This document shows positions 24,452-33,810 of a stretch of DNA of 57,512 bases, in pieces. The translations under genes and the position numbers were made by a program. This DNA is from a virus. A model generated the notes under the pieces. That model saw only the letters and a program-made list of their open reading frames with translations. It made no database searches and was not told the DNA's origin. Location of the stretch: the IMG/VR virus record IMGVR_UViG_3300037225_000305. One strand, written 5' to 3'. Position 1 is the stretch's first letter; each line of letters opens with the position of its first letter.

Positions 24452-24974
24452 ACGTGGGGATTGCGAATATGCGTCAATTCGAATATACTGAGTCTGTCCG
24501 CAAAGTACTCTCAAGCGCATCAGGCCCGCCAACGATTCCGACTGGTCATCGGAAGATTCAAGTTGACGGGCTTCTGATTTTGTGCCAGACTTCCAACAGT
24601 TCCATCAGGCCTGATGGGATTAGCGAACTTGAAAAGAGTACAGAATGCGGACCAGACCAATCTCGGACCACCACAACATTCTGTTGGGCTACTTCTTCGC
24701 GTCAGCGTGCGTGTGACAGTGGAACGAACGCTTCGCGCACGAGAGTACCGCCGCTAAAGGAGTATCGCGGAGCGGCAACGTTGGGTGGCTGTGGCGTAGC
24801 GAGCGCGGGCACAATCCGCGTTAAAGCACGGCCTTCGTGGGAAATTGCTCTTGCCCACGGCTGCCGACTGGGCCTCCGATGGACTCAGGGATATACCAGG
24901 CAGGATACCCTGAACCTGCTTTTAGCGGGCAGGGGGTTTTCCTGCCTCCGAACCCCCTCAAGATCTTGGGATAT
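24452..24974. other. About 520-bp apparently non-coding, AT-richer gap inside the early operon
   Basis: Only a compositionally odd ORF (24424..24984). Perfect 16-bp palindrome CCATCAGGCCTGATGG at 24602..24617; hairpins near 24900-24955. Confidence 0.4.
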
Positions 24975-25349
24975 ATGCAAATAAGCAAGCAGTTCAACGA
25001 ATTCTGGAAACTGTATCCGCGTCGTTTCGGAAAAGATTCAGCTTGCCGCGATTGGGTTTCTGAAGTCACGGAGGAAAACGAATCGCAAGTATTTGAGTGC
25101 CTAAAGCGTTACTTGAAGTCGGCGGAAGTGGCGCGTGGCTGCGTGATGAGTGCAGGTTCGACGCTTCGTGACACCGGCTGGATTGTAAAGTGCGCGCGGG
25201 ACGATTGGGAGAGCGAATGGCCTCCAGCGGTTGTTCCTAAAGGCATGTCAGTGTTCGAAACACCGCGACCGTGTTTTTGCGGCGCTCCATCAGAGCAGCG
25301 CGGGCTTTGCCGATTACATCTTGCCGAAATGGAAAGGGAGACAGCTTAA
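24975..25349 (+). CDS. Hypothetical protein (124 aa)
   Basis: ATG 24975; MQISKQFNEFWKLYPRRFGKDSACRDW... (FWxxYPxxxGK pattern, seen by recollection in phage early proteins). Confidence 0.55.
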   Translation: MQISKQFNEFWKLYPRRFGKDSACRDWVSEVTEENESQVFECLKRYLKSAEVARGCVMSAGSTLRDTGWIVKCARDDWESEWPPAVVPKGMSVFETPRPCFCGAPSEQRGLCRLHLAEMERETA

Positions 25350-25519
25350 TGACGCTACCTGAAAAACTATATGCGCTAGAAATGCGCGAACGTCAAGGAA
25401 ACCCAGAAATGCGCGACCTTCCAATCGAAAAGAGTTGCCAAGTGTCCGAGGCGCTGTACGAGGACATCATGGTTGAACAGGCCATGCGGCGTTCGGCGGT
25501 GCGGGAGGCGCAGGAATGA
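25349..25519 (+). CDS. Hypothetical protein (56 aa)
   Basis: TAATG overlap with the upstream stop; MTLPEKLYALEMRERQGNPEMRDLP... Confidence 0.45.
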   Translation: MTLPEKLYALEMRERQGNPEMRDLPIEKSCQVSEALYEDIMVEQAMRRSAVREAQE

Positions 25520-25737
25520 ACAACTGCAAAGAACGCGGATGCCGCTGGGACATGTCGTATTGGGGTCCAGATGGACCGGACTTCTCGCGGTGGGGCGCTG
25601 AGTGTGGACGCGGCGTGCGGTACCGGGAAACCGGAGCGGCAGTAGCAAGCGGGACGGCCGGCGTGCGGCGAACGTTCGGCGGCGGCAGGAAGCACCGGGG
25701 TTCCGCATCGGAAGACATGGAACGGAGGCAACAATGA
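25516..25737 (+). CDS. Hypothetical protein (73 aa)
   Basis: ATGA coupled at both ends. Confidence 0.4.
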   Translation: MNNCKERGCRWDMSYWGPDGPDFSRWGAECGRGVRYRETGAAVASGTAGVRRTFGGGRKHRGSASEDMERRQQ

Positions 25738-26951
25738 ACGGACTGGAGATGCTGGCGAACGGGAAGGAGCGGCAGGCGCTCTCCTTCCTGCGCAAAGTGG
25801 CGCAAAGGACGCCGAACTACGGAAACCTCATCAACGTAGCCGCTGCGCTACGGGCGTGCGGGGAGGTGGATTCCGCAATCGGCGAACTGAAGCGTGCGCT
25901 GGCGATTGACGAGACGCGCGCCGAGGCGTGGAACAACCTGGGGCAGTGCGCCACCGACCTCGGGAAGTTCGACCAAGCGCCGGGGATTTTCCAGCGCGCT
26001 CTCCAGTGTCACAAGAAAGCAGGTATCCCGATTGACTCGGCCACGGAATCCCTGCTGGCGTTCGCGTACTCCATGATGCGGCTGGGGCAGTTTGAGTACA
26101 TCTGGCCGGTGTGGGAGGCCGCACGGTTCAATCGGTCGTGGCATCCGTTCCCGAATCTGCAGGTGTGGCGCGGGGAACCTAACGCGCGGCTGCTGGTGTG
26201 TCCCGAGGGCGGATTCGGGGACGGGTTCAACTTCCTGCGGTGGGCACGAACGCTGCCGGCCGTTTCCACCACGTTCATGGTATGGGATTCCCTATTCGAA
26301 TTTACGCAACACGCCTTGCCACAACACGTCATCCTCCCCATGTCGCACTCGTTCCAGTACAACGAACTGGCTCGCTACACCCACTGCACGTCGATGTTGA
26401 GCCTGCCGGGGTTGTGCGGCATGAAGTCGTGGGCCGACGTGCCGCCGCCGCTGGACTGGACACCGAGGCACATGCTGGTACACCCGCCGCTGGATCAGAT
26501 CGGCTACTGCTGGGCGGCGGAAGAGAACGGGGTCACGCGCAAGAGCCGGTCTCTGGACGCGCAGGCGGCGAACCGAATCGGGTCTGCCCTTGCCCGAAAA
26601 TGCAAACGGGTGGTGTCGCTGGTACCGGATGGACAGGAACTCTACCGCAGGCGCGGCCAGGTGCCGGTTAGGGGGGTCACCCAGGACGATGCGTTGCTTG
26701 CTGACTGGGAGGAAACGGCGCGGACGATTCTGAAGTGCCGCCTGGTGGTGACGGTCGATACGGCGGTGTTTTGGCTGGCGCAAGCATTGGGAGTACGCAC
26801 GTTGCTGCTACTTCCGCTTCGCTCGGACTGGAAGTGGGGAGTGGCAAATCAGCCCTTCGCATGGGGCGGAAACAACGTGGTGATGTTCCGCAATTCTCAC
26901 CCAGTGACGTGGGACGTTGCGGGGATACTCGAAGTAATGAAAAGCATGTGA
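25734..26951 (+). CDS. TPR-repeat plus GT9-like (heptosyltransferase-fold) glycosyltransferase (405 aa)
   Basis: GGAGG RBS, ATGA coupling; TPR-like N-terminus (AEAWNNLGQCATDLGKFDQA); LLVCPEGGFGDGFNFLRWARTL and VVTVDTAVFWLAQALGVRTLLL resemble GT9 signatures. Confidence 0.5.
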   Translation: MNGLEMLANGKERQALSFLRKVAQRTPNYGNLINVAAALRACGEVDSAIGELKRALAIDETRAEAWNNLGQCATDLGKFDQAPGIFQRALQCHKKAGIPIDSATESLLAFAYSMMRLGQFEYIWPVWEAARFNRSWHPFPNLQVWRGEPNARLLVCPEGGFGDGFNFLRWARTLPAVSTTFMVWDSLFEFTQHALPQHVILPMSHSFQYNELARYTHCTSMLSLPGLCGMKSWADVPPPLDWTPRHMLVHPPLDQIGYCWAAEENGVTRKSRSLDAQAANRIGSALARKCKRVVSLVPDGQELYRRRGQVPVRGVTQDDALLADWEETARTILKCRLVVTVDTAVFWLAQALGVRTLLLLPLRSDWKWGVANQPFAWGGNNVVMFRNSHPVTWDVAGILEVMKSM

Positions 26952-26960
26952 GTTACGCGC

Positions 26961-26978
26961 ATCGGGGATGTACCCGAT
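26961..26978 (+). promoter_or_regulatory. Conserved intergenic motif, copy c (ATCGGGGATGTACCCGAT; arms ATCGGG/CCCGAT palindromic)
   Basis: 10 nt after the upstream stop and 38 nt before ATG 27017. Confidence 0.4.
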
Positions 26979-27016
26979 GTTGCAACACGATAAACGGTAG
27001 TAGCATGGTTTTGTAG

Positions 27017-27721
27017 ATGCCCGACACTTCAAGGCTCATAAACGCCCGAATGAGGCGAAAGCAGCGCGACGGGATCGTGGATGTTTTCGGTGTCCCTGGA
27101 AGTCATCAAGACATTGATTTCAGGGAGATTGTCTCACTTTGGCCGATAGAACGAATCGCAGCACTGCGCGAAAAGACGAAGTTGCCGGTCGCGCGAATTG
27201 TTGCACTTCTTGGCATCAGTCAACCGGCGTATTCGAAGATGTGCTCGGGCGATTTCACCCCAAGTCCGAACCTCTGCCGGCGAATGGCAGAGCTTGAGGA
27301 CATGGCGGCACGCGGCGAACTCCATAATCAGCACGTTCCGTCATCGGCAGAGATGCGCCGCCGCATGGCGCTGTTCCGATCCTGGTTCCTGTCGAAAGAC
27401 CCGAGCGTGGACCTGCCGCTCATCCGGTGCCACTTGAGCGTGCAGTGGGGGAAAGCCGCGTACCAGAAGATCACGATTCCGATTAAGTACGTGCCGCAGT
27501 TGAGATTGAAGGAGTGGACCGGGCTGGTGGGGGTGATTCGGACGGTCACGGTGGCGCTGCGCAAGTTGGCGCAGGGGAACGCACGTATCTTGTGGCGGCA
27601 GGCTGAGGCCGAATTTTGGAGCGCGTATGCCCGTGACACGTTGCCCGCCATCGTGACCGAGAGGGCTAAGATCCTGCCGAAAGCCACGGCAGCGGCGGAA
27701 GCGAAAAGGAGGCAAGCGTGA
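27017..27721 (+). CDS. XRE-like HTH DNA-binding protein (234 aa)
   Basis: LPVARIVALLGISQPAYSKMCSG helix-turn-helix pattern. Confidence 0.5.
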   Translation: MPDTSRLINARMRRKQRDGIVDVFGVPGSHQDIDFREIVSLWPIERIAALREKTKLPVARIVALLGISQPAYSKMCSGDFTPSPNLCRRMAELEDMAARGELHNQHVPSSAEMRRRMALFRSWFLSKDPSVDLPLIRCHLSVQWGKAAYQKITIPIKYVPQLRLKEWTGLVGVIRTVTVALRKLAQGNARILWRQAEAEFWSAYARDTLPAIVTERAKILPKATAAAEAKRRQA

Positions 27722-29223
27722 CGAACTACGAGACGGTGATGGAGTTCATTGATAATCGCGTCTGCGACTCTGGATATCAGGCACGATACGACGCGGCGCT
27801 GACCGCGCTCGAAGAGATGCGGCGGGACAGTGGGCGGCTGGCTGATGTGCGCCGGGCATTAATTGAGATCACAGAGTACTCGACTGGCTGGACACACGGG
27901 CAGTTCGTGAACTGCGAGGGAATGTGCCTGCTACGGATTGATGATCTGGCTAGATCCGTTCTTAATTCGATGAAAGGAGGTGATGCCCCACGCCCTCAAT
28001 ACGACAGCGAATCGAAGACCACGATCCCTACCGAGGGACGTAGCGATGCCCCGGAAGATAGGTTTGCCGCTGCTGGAGTTTCGGCGTACACGATACGCGA
28101 AACGAAAGCACAAGAGCAATCCACTGCCGGGGCGTCTGCGCAGAGAGCATCCTGTATTCCCGCTAAGGGAGTAAAGATACAGGGGCCTTGGATTCCGTTT
28201 TATCAGGAAGCGCAGCCCCCCGAGTGCGCCGCGAGGAAGGCGCTATCGTATCAGATGCAAAACTGGGATAGCGAGAACCGGCCTTCGGATGCTAGGTCAT
28301 ATGTGGCCGAAGTCCAGAGTTTGGAATCACATTGTGACGAACTGCGGGCGGAGAATGAGCGGCTGACCGTGCAGCTTGCAGGTTGCAGCGTGGCGGCAGA
28401 AGGAGGGACTAAAGATCCGGCTACGCGAGATCAGTGGGGATGGTCGCCAGCCTATCAGGAAGTGCTAGATTTGCGCATTAAGTACGATGCCTCAACCCAA
28501 GAGGTAACCACACTCAGGGCCAAATTGCATGACGCATACCGGGAGCTATACGACGCACTCCGCGCCCGCGATCTGGCGCGAGAGGCTAGTAACCGGGATC
28601 TGGAGGCGAAGCGGGCGGCGGAACGAGAATACGAGAACGAGCGACGCGGCAAAGAGAACATGAAAGCGCAGTACGAAAACGTCATTGACCAACTATCTGA
28701 GCAAGTCTGCGTTGAATCTGCGGGATACACGCAACTCCGCGCCGCCCTCGCCACCGAGAAAGAGACGCGGGTTAAATACCAGGACATCGTGTATACGGCC
28801 TGCAATCTGCTGGACCGACAGATGTTGGCTAGGAAGGAAGAGGTAGTAAGTGCAATCCAGGAACTGATACGACAGCGTTTTGAGGCGCTTCAGAATCTCG
28901 CCACCGAGAAGGCCGCACGCGAGATAACCGAGGCCGATCTGGTTGATGTTCGGGGTGCCTGGCGAATTCAGAAGGCCGCACGCGAGAAGGCGGAGCGGGA
29001 GCGTGACGAATGGTGCCTCAAAGATGCCGCGCGCATCAACGAAAATGGCGAGATTGCGGCCATTGAACACGAACGCGCGGAGAAGGCGGAAGCGGCACTG
29101 GCGGAGGCAGCAGATATCATCCAAGGTTATATGGATGGCCCACAGTCGTGGAGTGAGCTAAATCGACGCCTGGACCGCGCCGCCGCCTTCGTGGCCGCGC
29201 ACAGCAAGGAAAAGGAGAAATAA
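27718..29223 (+). CDS. Large coiled-coil protein of unknown function (501 aa, GTG start)
   Basis: GTGA coupling; long Glu/Arg/Ala-rich heptad regions. Confidence 0.65.
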   Translation: MTNYETVMEFIDNRVCDSGYQARYDAALTALEEMRRDSGRLADVRRALIEITEYSTGWTHGQFVNCEGMCLLRIDDLARSVLNSMKGGDAPRPQYDSESKTTIPTEGRSDAPEDRFAAAGVSAYTIRETKAQEQSTAGASAQRASCIPAKGVKIQGPWIPFYQEAQPPECAARKALSYQMQNWDSENRPSDARSYVAEVQSLESHCDELRAENERLTVQLAGCSVAAEGGTKDPATRDQWGWSPAYQEVLDLRIKYDASTQEVTTLRAKLHDAYRELYDALRARDLAREASNRDLEAKRAAEREYENERRGKENMKAQYENVIDQLSEQVCVESAGYTQLRAALATEKETRVKYQDIVYTACNLLDRQMLARKEEVVSAIQELIRQRFEALQNLATEKAAREITEADLVDVRGAWRIQKAAREKAERERDEWCLKDAARINENGEIAAIEHERAEKAEAALAEAADIIQGYMDGPQSWSELNRRLDRAAAFVAAHSKEKEK

Positions 29224-29886
29224 ATGTTCGAAACTAGGAAGATTTACCGGGCCGTCAATGCGGCTGAATGGAAGCAGATCATGGTGGCGAGGATTCAGGC
29301 GGCGCTCGACGCAGACAGCACCCTGAATATCATGCGGAGCTTCCCGCTGTTTTCTTATCGCATCAGCATCGCGTTGACGCCATACCGTGCCCAGGGGACG
29401 GACCAGCAGGGCAAGGCACTGCCACCGCTGCCAGGGACGCCCATCGCCTATGAGTGCGAGGGAGAAGTATTCATCCCCGTATTCGAAAGCGCCGTAGAGT
29501 TGGTCGAGGAATCGCCCGTCTACGGCCATGACGCCGATCCCCAGAGCCTTCGCACTGCCGCCGCGATGCCGACCGTCGAGACGGCGCGGTCCAGCATCGG
29601 TGAGATCGTGGATGTAAGGGTGCCGCCGCCCGTCAAGAAGGCGGTGGACCTGGAACCCGCCGAGGCGTTCGAACCCACGGCACCGCCCGTTCCTATCGCC
29701 GCAGAGGAGAAGGAAGACGACACCATTCGCGTAGAGGAAGGCCGGTGGAGCGCGGCGCACAGCGACCCCAAGGCAGAGCAGGCGGTCGAGCACCGTGATC
29801 CAAGCATGGCCCCCGGACGGGTATCCGTGGTCCGCAGCGTGGCCGAGGGTGGCGGCTCCGATCATGGACGAGGAAAGAAGCGATGA
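29224..29886 (+). CDS. Hypothetical protein (220 aa)
   Basis: ATG abuts the upstream TAA; protein-like. Confidence 0.6.
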   Translation: MFETRKIYRAVNAAEWKQIMVARIQAALDADSTLNIMRSFPLFSYRISIALTPYRAQGTDQQGKALPPLPGTPIAYECEGEVFIPVFESAVELVEESPVYGHDADPQSLRTAAAMPTVETARSSIGEIVDVRVPPPVKKAVDLEPAEAFEPTAPPVPIAAEEKEDDTIRVEEGRWSAAHSDPKAEQAVEHRDPSMAPGRVSVVRSVAEGGGSDHGRGKKR

Positions 29887-30431
29887 TAGCCGAGATAGCG
29901 CCGTGGGCGGACTATTCGCCCCACTTCAAGCAACTGTGGAACCCTGCCGTCCCCGGTGCGGTCGCGGAGTTCGGCGTATTTAGAGGCGGGTCCGCGAGAC
30001 AGTTGGCGCAACTTACCGGAAGAACGGTCTATGCGTGGGACACCTACGACGGCCTGCCTGCAGCCGACTTCAATCCCGACGTGGACATCGACGCCCCCGG
30101 CGACTTCACGCCGGAAGCCACGGCTGCGGAACTGTTCGCCGGATGGCCGTCGATAACTCCTGTCGTGGGTAGATTCGCGGACACGCTGCCGAAGTTCTAC
30201 CCCGCCGTGCGGTTTGCGTTCTGCTACTTGGACAGCGACTATTACGAATCGACGCGGCAGGTGCTCGACTGGTTGCCGGGGCGCTTGAGCAACGGCGCGG
30301 TACTGCTGTTCGACGACTACAAATCCCACAAGGGAGTGCGGCAGGCCGTCGATGAGTTCGCGGCGAAGTGGGGAATGGAAGTGAAGCCGATTGCCAGCAG
30401 CGGGGCGGTGGTGACGTGGAGGGCGCGATGA
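29883..30431 (+). CDS. TylF/MycF-family-like SAM-dependent methyltransferase (182 aa)
   Basis: AEFGVFRGGSA (SAM-binding GxG-type) and YLDSDYYESTRQVLDWLPGRLSNGAVLLFDDY match the TylF-family pattern. Confidence 0.65.
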   Translation: MIAEIAPWADYSPHFKQLWNPAVPGAVAEFGVFRGGSARQLAQLTGRTVYAWDTYDGLPAADFNPDVDIDAPGDFTPEATAAELFAGWPSITPVVGRFADTLPKFYPAVRFAFCYLDSDYYESTRQVLDWLPGRLSNGAVLLFDDYKSHKGVRQAVDEFAAKWGMEVKPIASSGAVVTWRAR

Positions 30432-30700
30432 CAACAGACCAAGAGTACGAAAAGTGGGTACTGAATGTCGGACCCAAGGATGATGAACCCTGCCACCGAT
30501 GCCACGATTACCCTTGCCACTGCTATGAGGACGACGACGAAGACTATGGCGGTGGCTGCTACCAATGCGGCGGGCGCGGCTACATCGTGACGTGCATCGA
30601 CGACCTGTGCCACGGGCAGGACGAGTGCATCCACGGCGACCCGCCAACGCCTTGCCCGACATGCAATCCGAATGGCGACAAGGAGGACGGCCTTTTATGA
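30428..30700 (+). CDS. Cys/His-rich acidic protein with DnaJ-type CxxCxGxG motif (90 aa)
   Basis: ATGA coupling; CHRCHDYPCHC...CYQCGGRGY...CPTCNPNG. Confidence 0.5.
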   Translation: MTTDQEYEKWVLNVGPKDDEPCHRCHDYPCHCYEDDDEDYGGGCYQCGGRGYIVTCIDDLCHGQDECIHGDPPTPCPTCNPNGDKEDGLL

Positions 30701-31005
30701 GCATTCTATCGGACCTATCCGCACTCCCGAAATTTGACCGGATCGCGGACGAACTGACGAAGTGCCGCTTCGCGCTTGAGTCGATAGCCACCAGTCTTCA
30801 GCGGGCCACCGAGCTTCCCGCCGCGCCTGTGATCGAGAAGAAGATCGGCGTGAAGGACATCGGGAACTACGCGCAGGCCGTCGTGTCGGAAGAGGACGCC
30901 GAGAAGGTGCGGGATGGCCTCCACGCGGCAGGTCTTCGAGACAGCGACATCGAGGCGCAGATCGTGGCGATGATGGCCGGGGATGATCAGGAGCCAACAG
31001 AATGA
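30697..31005 (+). CDS. Hypothetical protein (102 aa)
   Basis: ATGA coupling; protein-like. Confidence 0.55.
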   Translation: MSILSDLSALPKFDRIADELTKCRFALESIATSLQRATELPAAPVIEKKIGVKDIGNYAQAVVSEEDAEKVRDGLHAAGLRDSDIEAQIVAMMAGDDQEPTE

Positions 31006-31412
31006 AGTCAGAAGGCACATATCCGATACCGAAACATGGGTGGACATGCTACCACTGCGGTGAGACATTCACCGTTTGGGGAGCGGCTGAAGACCACTTT
31101 GGGAAAACGCCAGAAGCAAAGCCCGGTTGCGTGTTGAAGGTTCAGTTCGGCAACGAGCGCGGTCTGGAGATGGAACTGCGCAAGGTTGAGGCGGAGCGGG
31201 ACGAATGGCGAAACCGAGCACTGAAAGCCGAAGAACACGAAGAATTATTGGAAGGTGAGATGTCGGAATACCGGAGAGCGGCTAAGGCTGATAACTGCCA
31301 TCAACTCCGCATGAACATCGACAGCCTGGAGGGTCGGGCTATCGCTGCTGATTTCATCGTTAATTCCCTCCGGTCTCGCGTGCCTGAACTTGTGGATGAG
31401 GTTGTTGGATGA
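31002..31412 (+). CDS. Hypothetical zinc-ribbon/coiled-coil protein (136 aa)
   Basis: ATGA coupling; GWTCYHCGETF... Confidence 0.55.
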   Translation: MKSEGTYPIPKHGWTCYHCGETFTVWGAAEDHFGKTPEAKPGCVLKVQFGNERGLEMELRKVEAERDEWRNRALKAEEHEELLEGEMSEYRRAAKADNCHQLRMNIDSLEGRAIAADFIVNSLRSRVPELVDEVVG

Positions 31413-31669
31413 GGCTCTACATCCTACTGCGCGACCTGTTCGACCTGCCCGGCATAAGCGGGAGGCACGAATGGTACGCGAACGGAATATCGCGCACGGA
31501 AGCGTGGCGTCAACTGACGAATCGGCAGACCATCCGAAGCGGGCAGGATAAACAGCGCCAGTCGGACGTGTCAGCCGGGAGGAACACCCCGGCTTCTATC
31601 CCGGCGACCGCCGCCTTGACACGTTCCCGCGTGCTCTCGACGTGGTGGTCGGCCAACGAGAAGGTCTGA
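31409..31669 (+). CDS. Doubtful terminal ORF of the rightward operon (86 aa)
   Basis: ATGA coupled, but its last about 160 nt are antisense to the 3' end of 31510..32220 and look compositionally non-protein. Confidence 0.3.
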   Translation: MRLYILLRDLFDLPGISGRHEWYANGISRTEAWRQLTNRQTIRSGQDKQRQSDVSAGRNTPASIPATAALTRSRVLSTWWSANEKV

Positions 31670-32220
31670 CGGTCAACCGCCAGTTTCTCGCTTTCGATGA
31701 GGTAGTCCACGGTCACCGTCTCCGCTTGCGCCGCGATGCACTGGAGAATCAAACCTGTATCGCGTTCCGCTTCGCCTTCCGTTGGCCGCTTCGTGCGGAT
31801 CTTCGTGGCGCGGATACCGCCCGCCTCTTGGATTTCGATGGTGCCGGTGATTGTCGCGCCTGCGATCCCCAATTCGAACTTGCGCCCGAGGTGCGTTGGC
31901 TTGATGCGGGGCTTCACGACCGAGTTCCAGAGGTTGAACAGCCTGCGCGTCGAGTACTCCACCTTGTCCGTGACCGACCTCATGCCCCTGGCGCTCTCAG
32001 CCTCCGTCAGCGCGACCGTAGCCATCTCGCCCGCCACCACCCCCGCGATGGACTGTGGGGCTTCCTGTGGCCGGGAAAGGGTATCCTGGATTAGACGGCG
32101 GACGGCGCGGGACACCGCCTGGCGGGTTGACGGCGGAAGGGGGCCGCCCTCGATGTCCACCAACTTGTGTTTGTGGCCGCACTGCGAGAACCGGGCAAGC
32201 GCGGCAGTCGTGAGGGTCAT
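31510..32220 (-). CDS. PD-(D/E)XK nuclease, Cas4/RecB-like with Cys cluster (236 aa)
   Basis: N-terminal FSQCG Cys plus C-terminal CLSCPLRMVC (C-Xn-CxxCx5C) and GTIEIQE/ATKIRTK core pattern. Confidence 0.55.
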   Translation of the reverse strand: MTLTTAALARFSQCGHKHKLVDIEGGPLPPSTRQAVSRAVRRLIQDTLSRPQEAPQSIAGVVAGEMATVALTEAESARGMRSVTDKVEYSTRRLFNLWNSVVKPRIKPTHLGRKFELGIAGATITGTIEIQEAGGIRATKIRTKRPTEGEAERDTGLILQCIAAQAETVTVDYLIESEKLAVDRQTFSLADHHVESTRERVKAAVAGIEAGVFLPADTSDWRCLSCPLRMVCRFVS

Positions 32221-33809
32221 TGCGCCGGGGTGTCGTCTTGCGGGTGTGGCATCGAAACGCCCGTCAGTCGTGCCGCCATGTTCGCCGCCGCTTCCCCATT
32301 GCCAGCAGCGATCATGTTCGCCATCTTGGTCTTAGACACCGCCGAAACGCTTCTCCATGCGGGACTCTCGAATGCCAATCCCATCAACACTGCCGCTCCG
32401 CCAGTTTCCCACATTCCCGCACCACGTTCATGTGCGGTCCCGCCGCCGACTGCCGCGCCCATCAGGAACCGTCCCATAATGCCAGCGTTACGGGCGAACC
32501 GGACTTGACCGAGTTTGCTGGTGACGTTCCGGTCCATCAGTTCCGCCATAGACCGCCACAAGTGGAACTCGTTGTTCAACGCGGCAATGGTGGGATGCTG
32601 AGAATTCAGTTCTGAACGAATAGAATTCGCCGCCGCAGTACGCACCATATTTCCGGCCTGCACCGATTCGTCGGCAGTCAACCCGTTCTTGAAAACGTAC
32701 TTGTCGAGCGCCTGCCGTACTTCCCACACCGTTGACGGCTGCGCTTTCCCGAGGTACGGGCCAAGTGCCGTTTGCAGTTCTTTCATGCGCTTCAACCCGG
32801 CTTCAAGAATCGCCGGATCTTTGATAGTGCCGACCTTGGTAAAGGCGTTATCTTCTACCCACTTGCCGAATTGGTCGTAGATCGGTTTCAGGTTCGTCTT
32901 GGCGGTGGCATCCAGTTTGGCGTACTCCGATTCGAGTTCCTTGCCGAGTTGGTCTGCGCGTCCCGAAAACTTCGCTAACAACCCTTCCGTACTGCCAGCC
33001 GTCGCCGCTCCGTATCCTCGTTCCATGACTTCTGGAATGTGATCTATCGCCACTTCTTTTGCCTTCGTGCCGAGCGGGTGAACCATCCTGGAGTATTGGG
33101 ACACGCCCCACTTTTTCAGCAAGCCTGCCAGCGGGGAAGCCGCCCCTTCAACTGCCCCGCCGACCGCACCACCAACCACAGCAGCCTTCGCGCCTTCTGC
33201 CACGCTTCCAGTTTGCGCCGTGGTCTTCAGTCCGACATCGACGCCAGTACGGAGTGCGGCCACGCCCATTTTCGCCAATCTTCCAGCGCCAGCCGCCGCC
33301 TTCACTTTGCCCAAGCCGGGGATGGGCGCGAAGAACTCTGCCACCTGTTCCACGCCACGTCCCAATCGTTGCGCGTCATTCGTGGGTTCCAGCGCCTTGC
33401 CGAGCCGAGCGTTCCATTCCTGCTGGTGCTTGGCGGCATCGGGCATGAACTTGTCCGTAACGAACCCGCCGCCGAGAGTCTTGCGCGTCAGTTCTCCCAG
33501 GTTCAGCGCCGTGTGCCCCGCGCCCTTGAGAGCGCCGACGCCAAACTGCGCCGTGTCGTACAACCCCTTGGCCGCGTTGACAACCGTGCTTGTCGCCCCG
33601 CTCTTGAACTTGTCCCACCCGGAAGGCTCTAGTGTAGAGGACGGCGCGGGCGTGCTCGACAAGTGCTGGATGATTTCCTTTTCGGAGTACCCGGATTTCT
33701 TCGCTCCGTCGATGTCGAACTTGCGCGAGGTCGTCAGGTGTTGAAGGATCTCACCGTCAGAATACCCAGACTTGCGTGCGCCTTCAACGTCGAATGCGGG
33801 ATCGGCCAT
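32217..33809 (-). CDS. Internal-virion or tape-measure-like protein (530 aa)
   Basis: Duplicated N-terminal GA(R/K)KSGYS(D/E)xEI(L/I)QHL motif; Gly/Ala-rich hydrophobic stretches; late operon. Confidence 0.45.
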   Translation of the reverse strand: MADPAFDVEGARKSGYSDGEILQHLTTSRKFDIDGAKKSGYSEKEIIQHLSSTPAPSSTLEPSGWDKFKSGATSTVVNAAKGLYDTAQFGVGALKGAGHTALNLGELTRKTLGGGFVTDKFMPDAAKHQQEWNARLGKALEPTNDAQRLGRGVEQVAEFFAPIPGLGKVKAAAGAGRLAKMGVAALRTGVDVGLKTTAQTGSVAEGAKAAVVGGAVGGAVEGAASPLAGLLKKWGVSQYSRMVHPLGTKAKEVAIDHIPEVMERGYGAATAGSTEGLLAKFSGRADQLGKELESEYAKLDATAKTNLKPIYDQFGKWVEDNAFTKVGTIKDPAILEAGLKRMKELQTALGPYLGKAQPSTVWEVRQALDKYVFKNGLTADESVQAGNMVRTAAANSIRSELNSQHPTIAALNNEFHLWRSMAELMDRNVTSKLGQVRFARNAGIMGRFLMGAAVGGGTAHERGAGMWETGGAAVLMGLAFESPAWRSVSAVSKTKMANMIAAGNGEAAANMAARLTGVSMPHPQDDTPAQ

Positions 33810-33810
33810 G

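Noticed and set aside
24424-24984. 186-aa ORF as a real gene
   Set aside because: There is no SD, the composition is unusual (S/T/R/C-rich) and it overlaps the end of the RuvC-like gene. It is kept only as an alternative explanation for the gap and needs BLASTx.
31510-32220. Cas4-like gene as evidence of a CRISPR-Cas locus
   Set aside because: No cas1/cas2, effector genes or array are present in this complete genome. Stand-alone phage Cas4-like nucleases are known.
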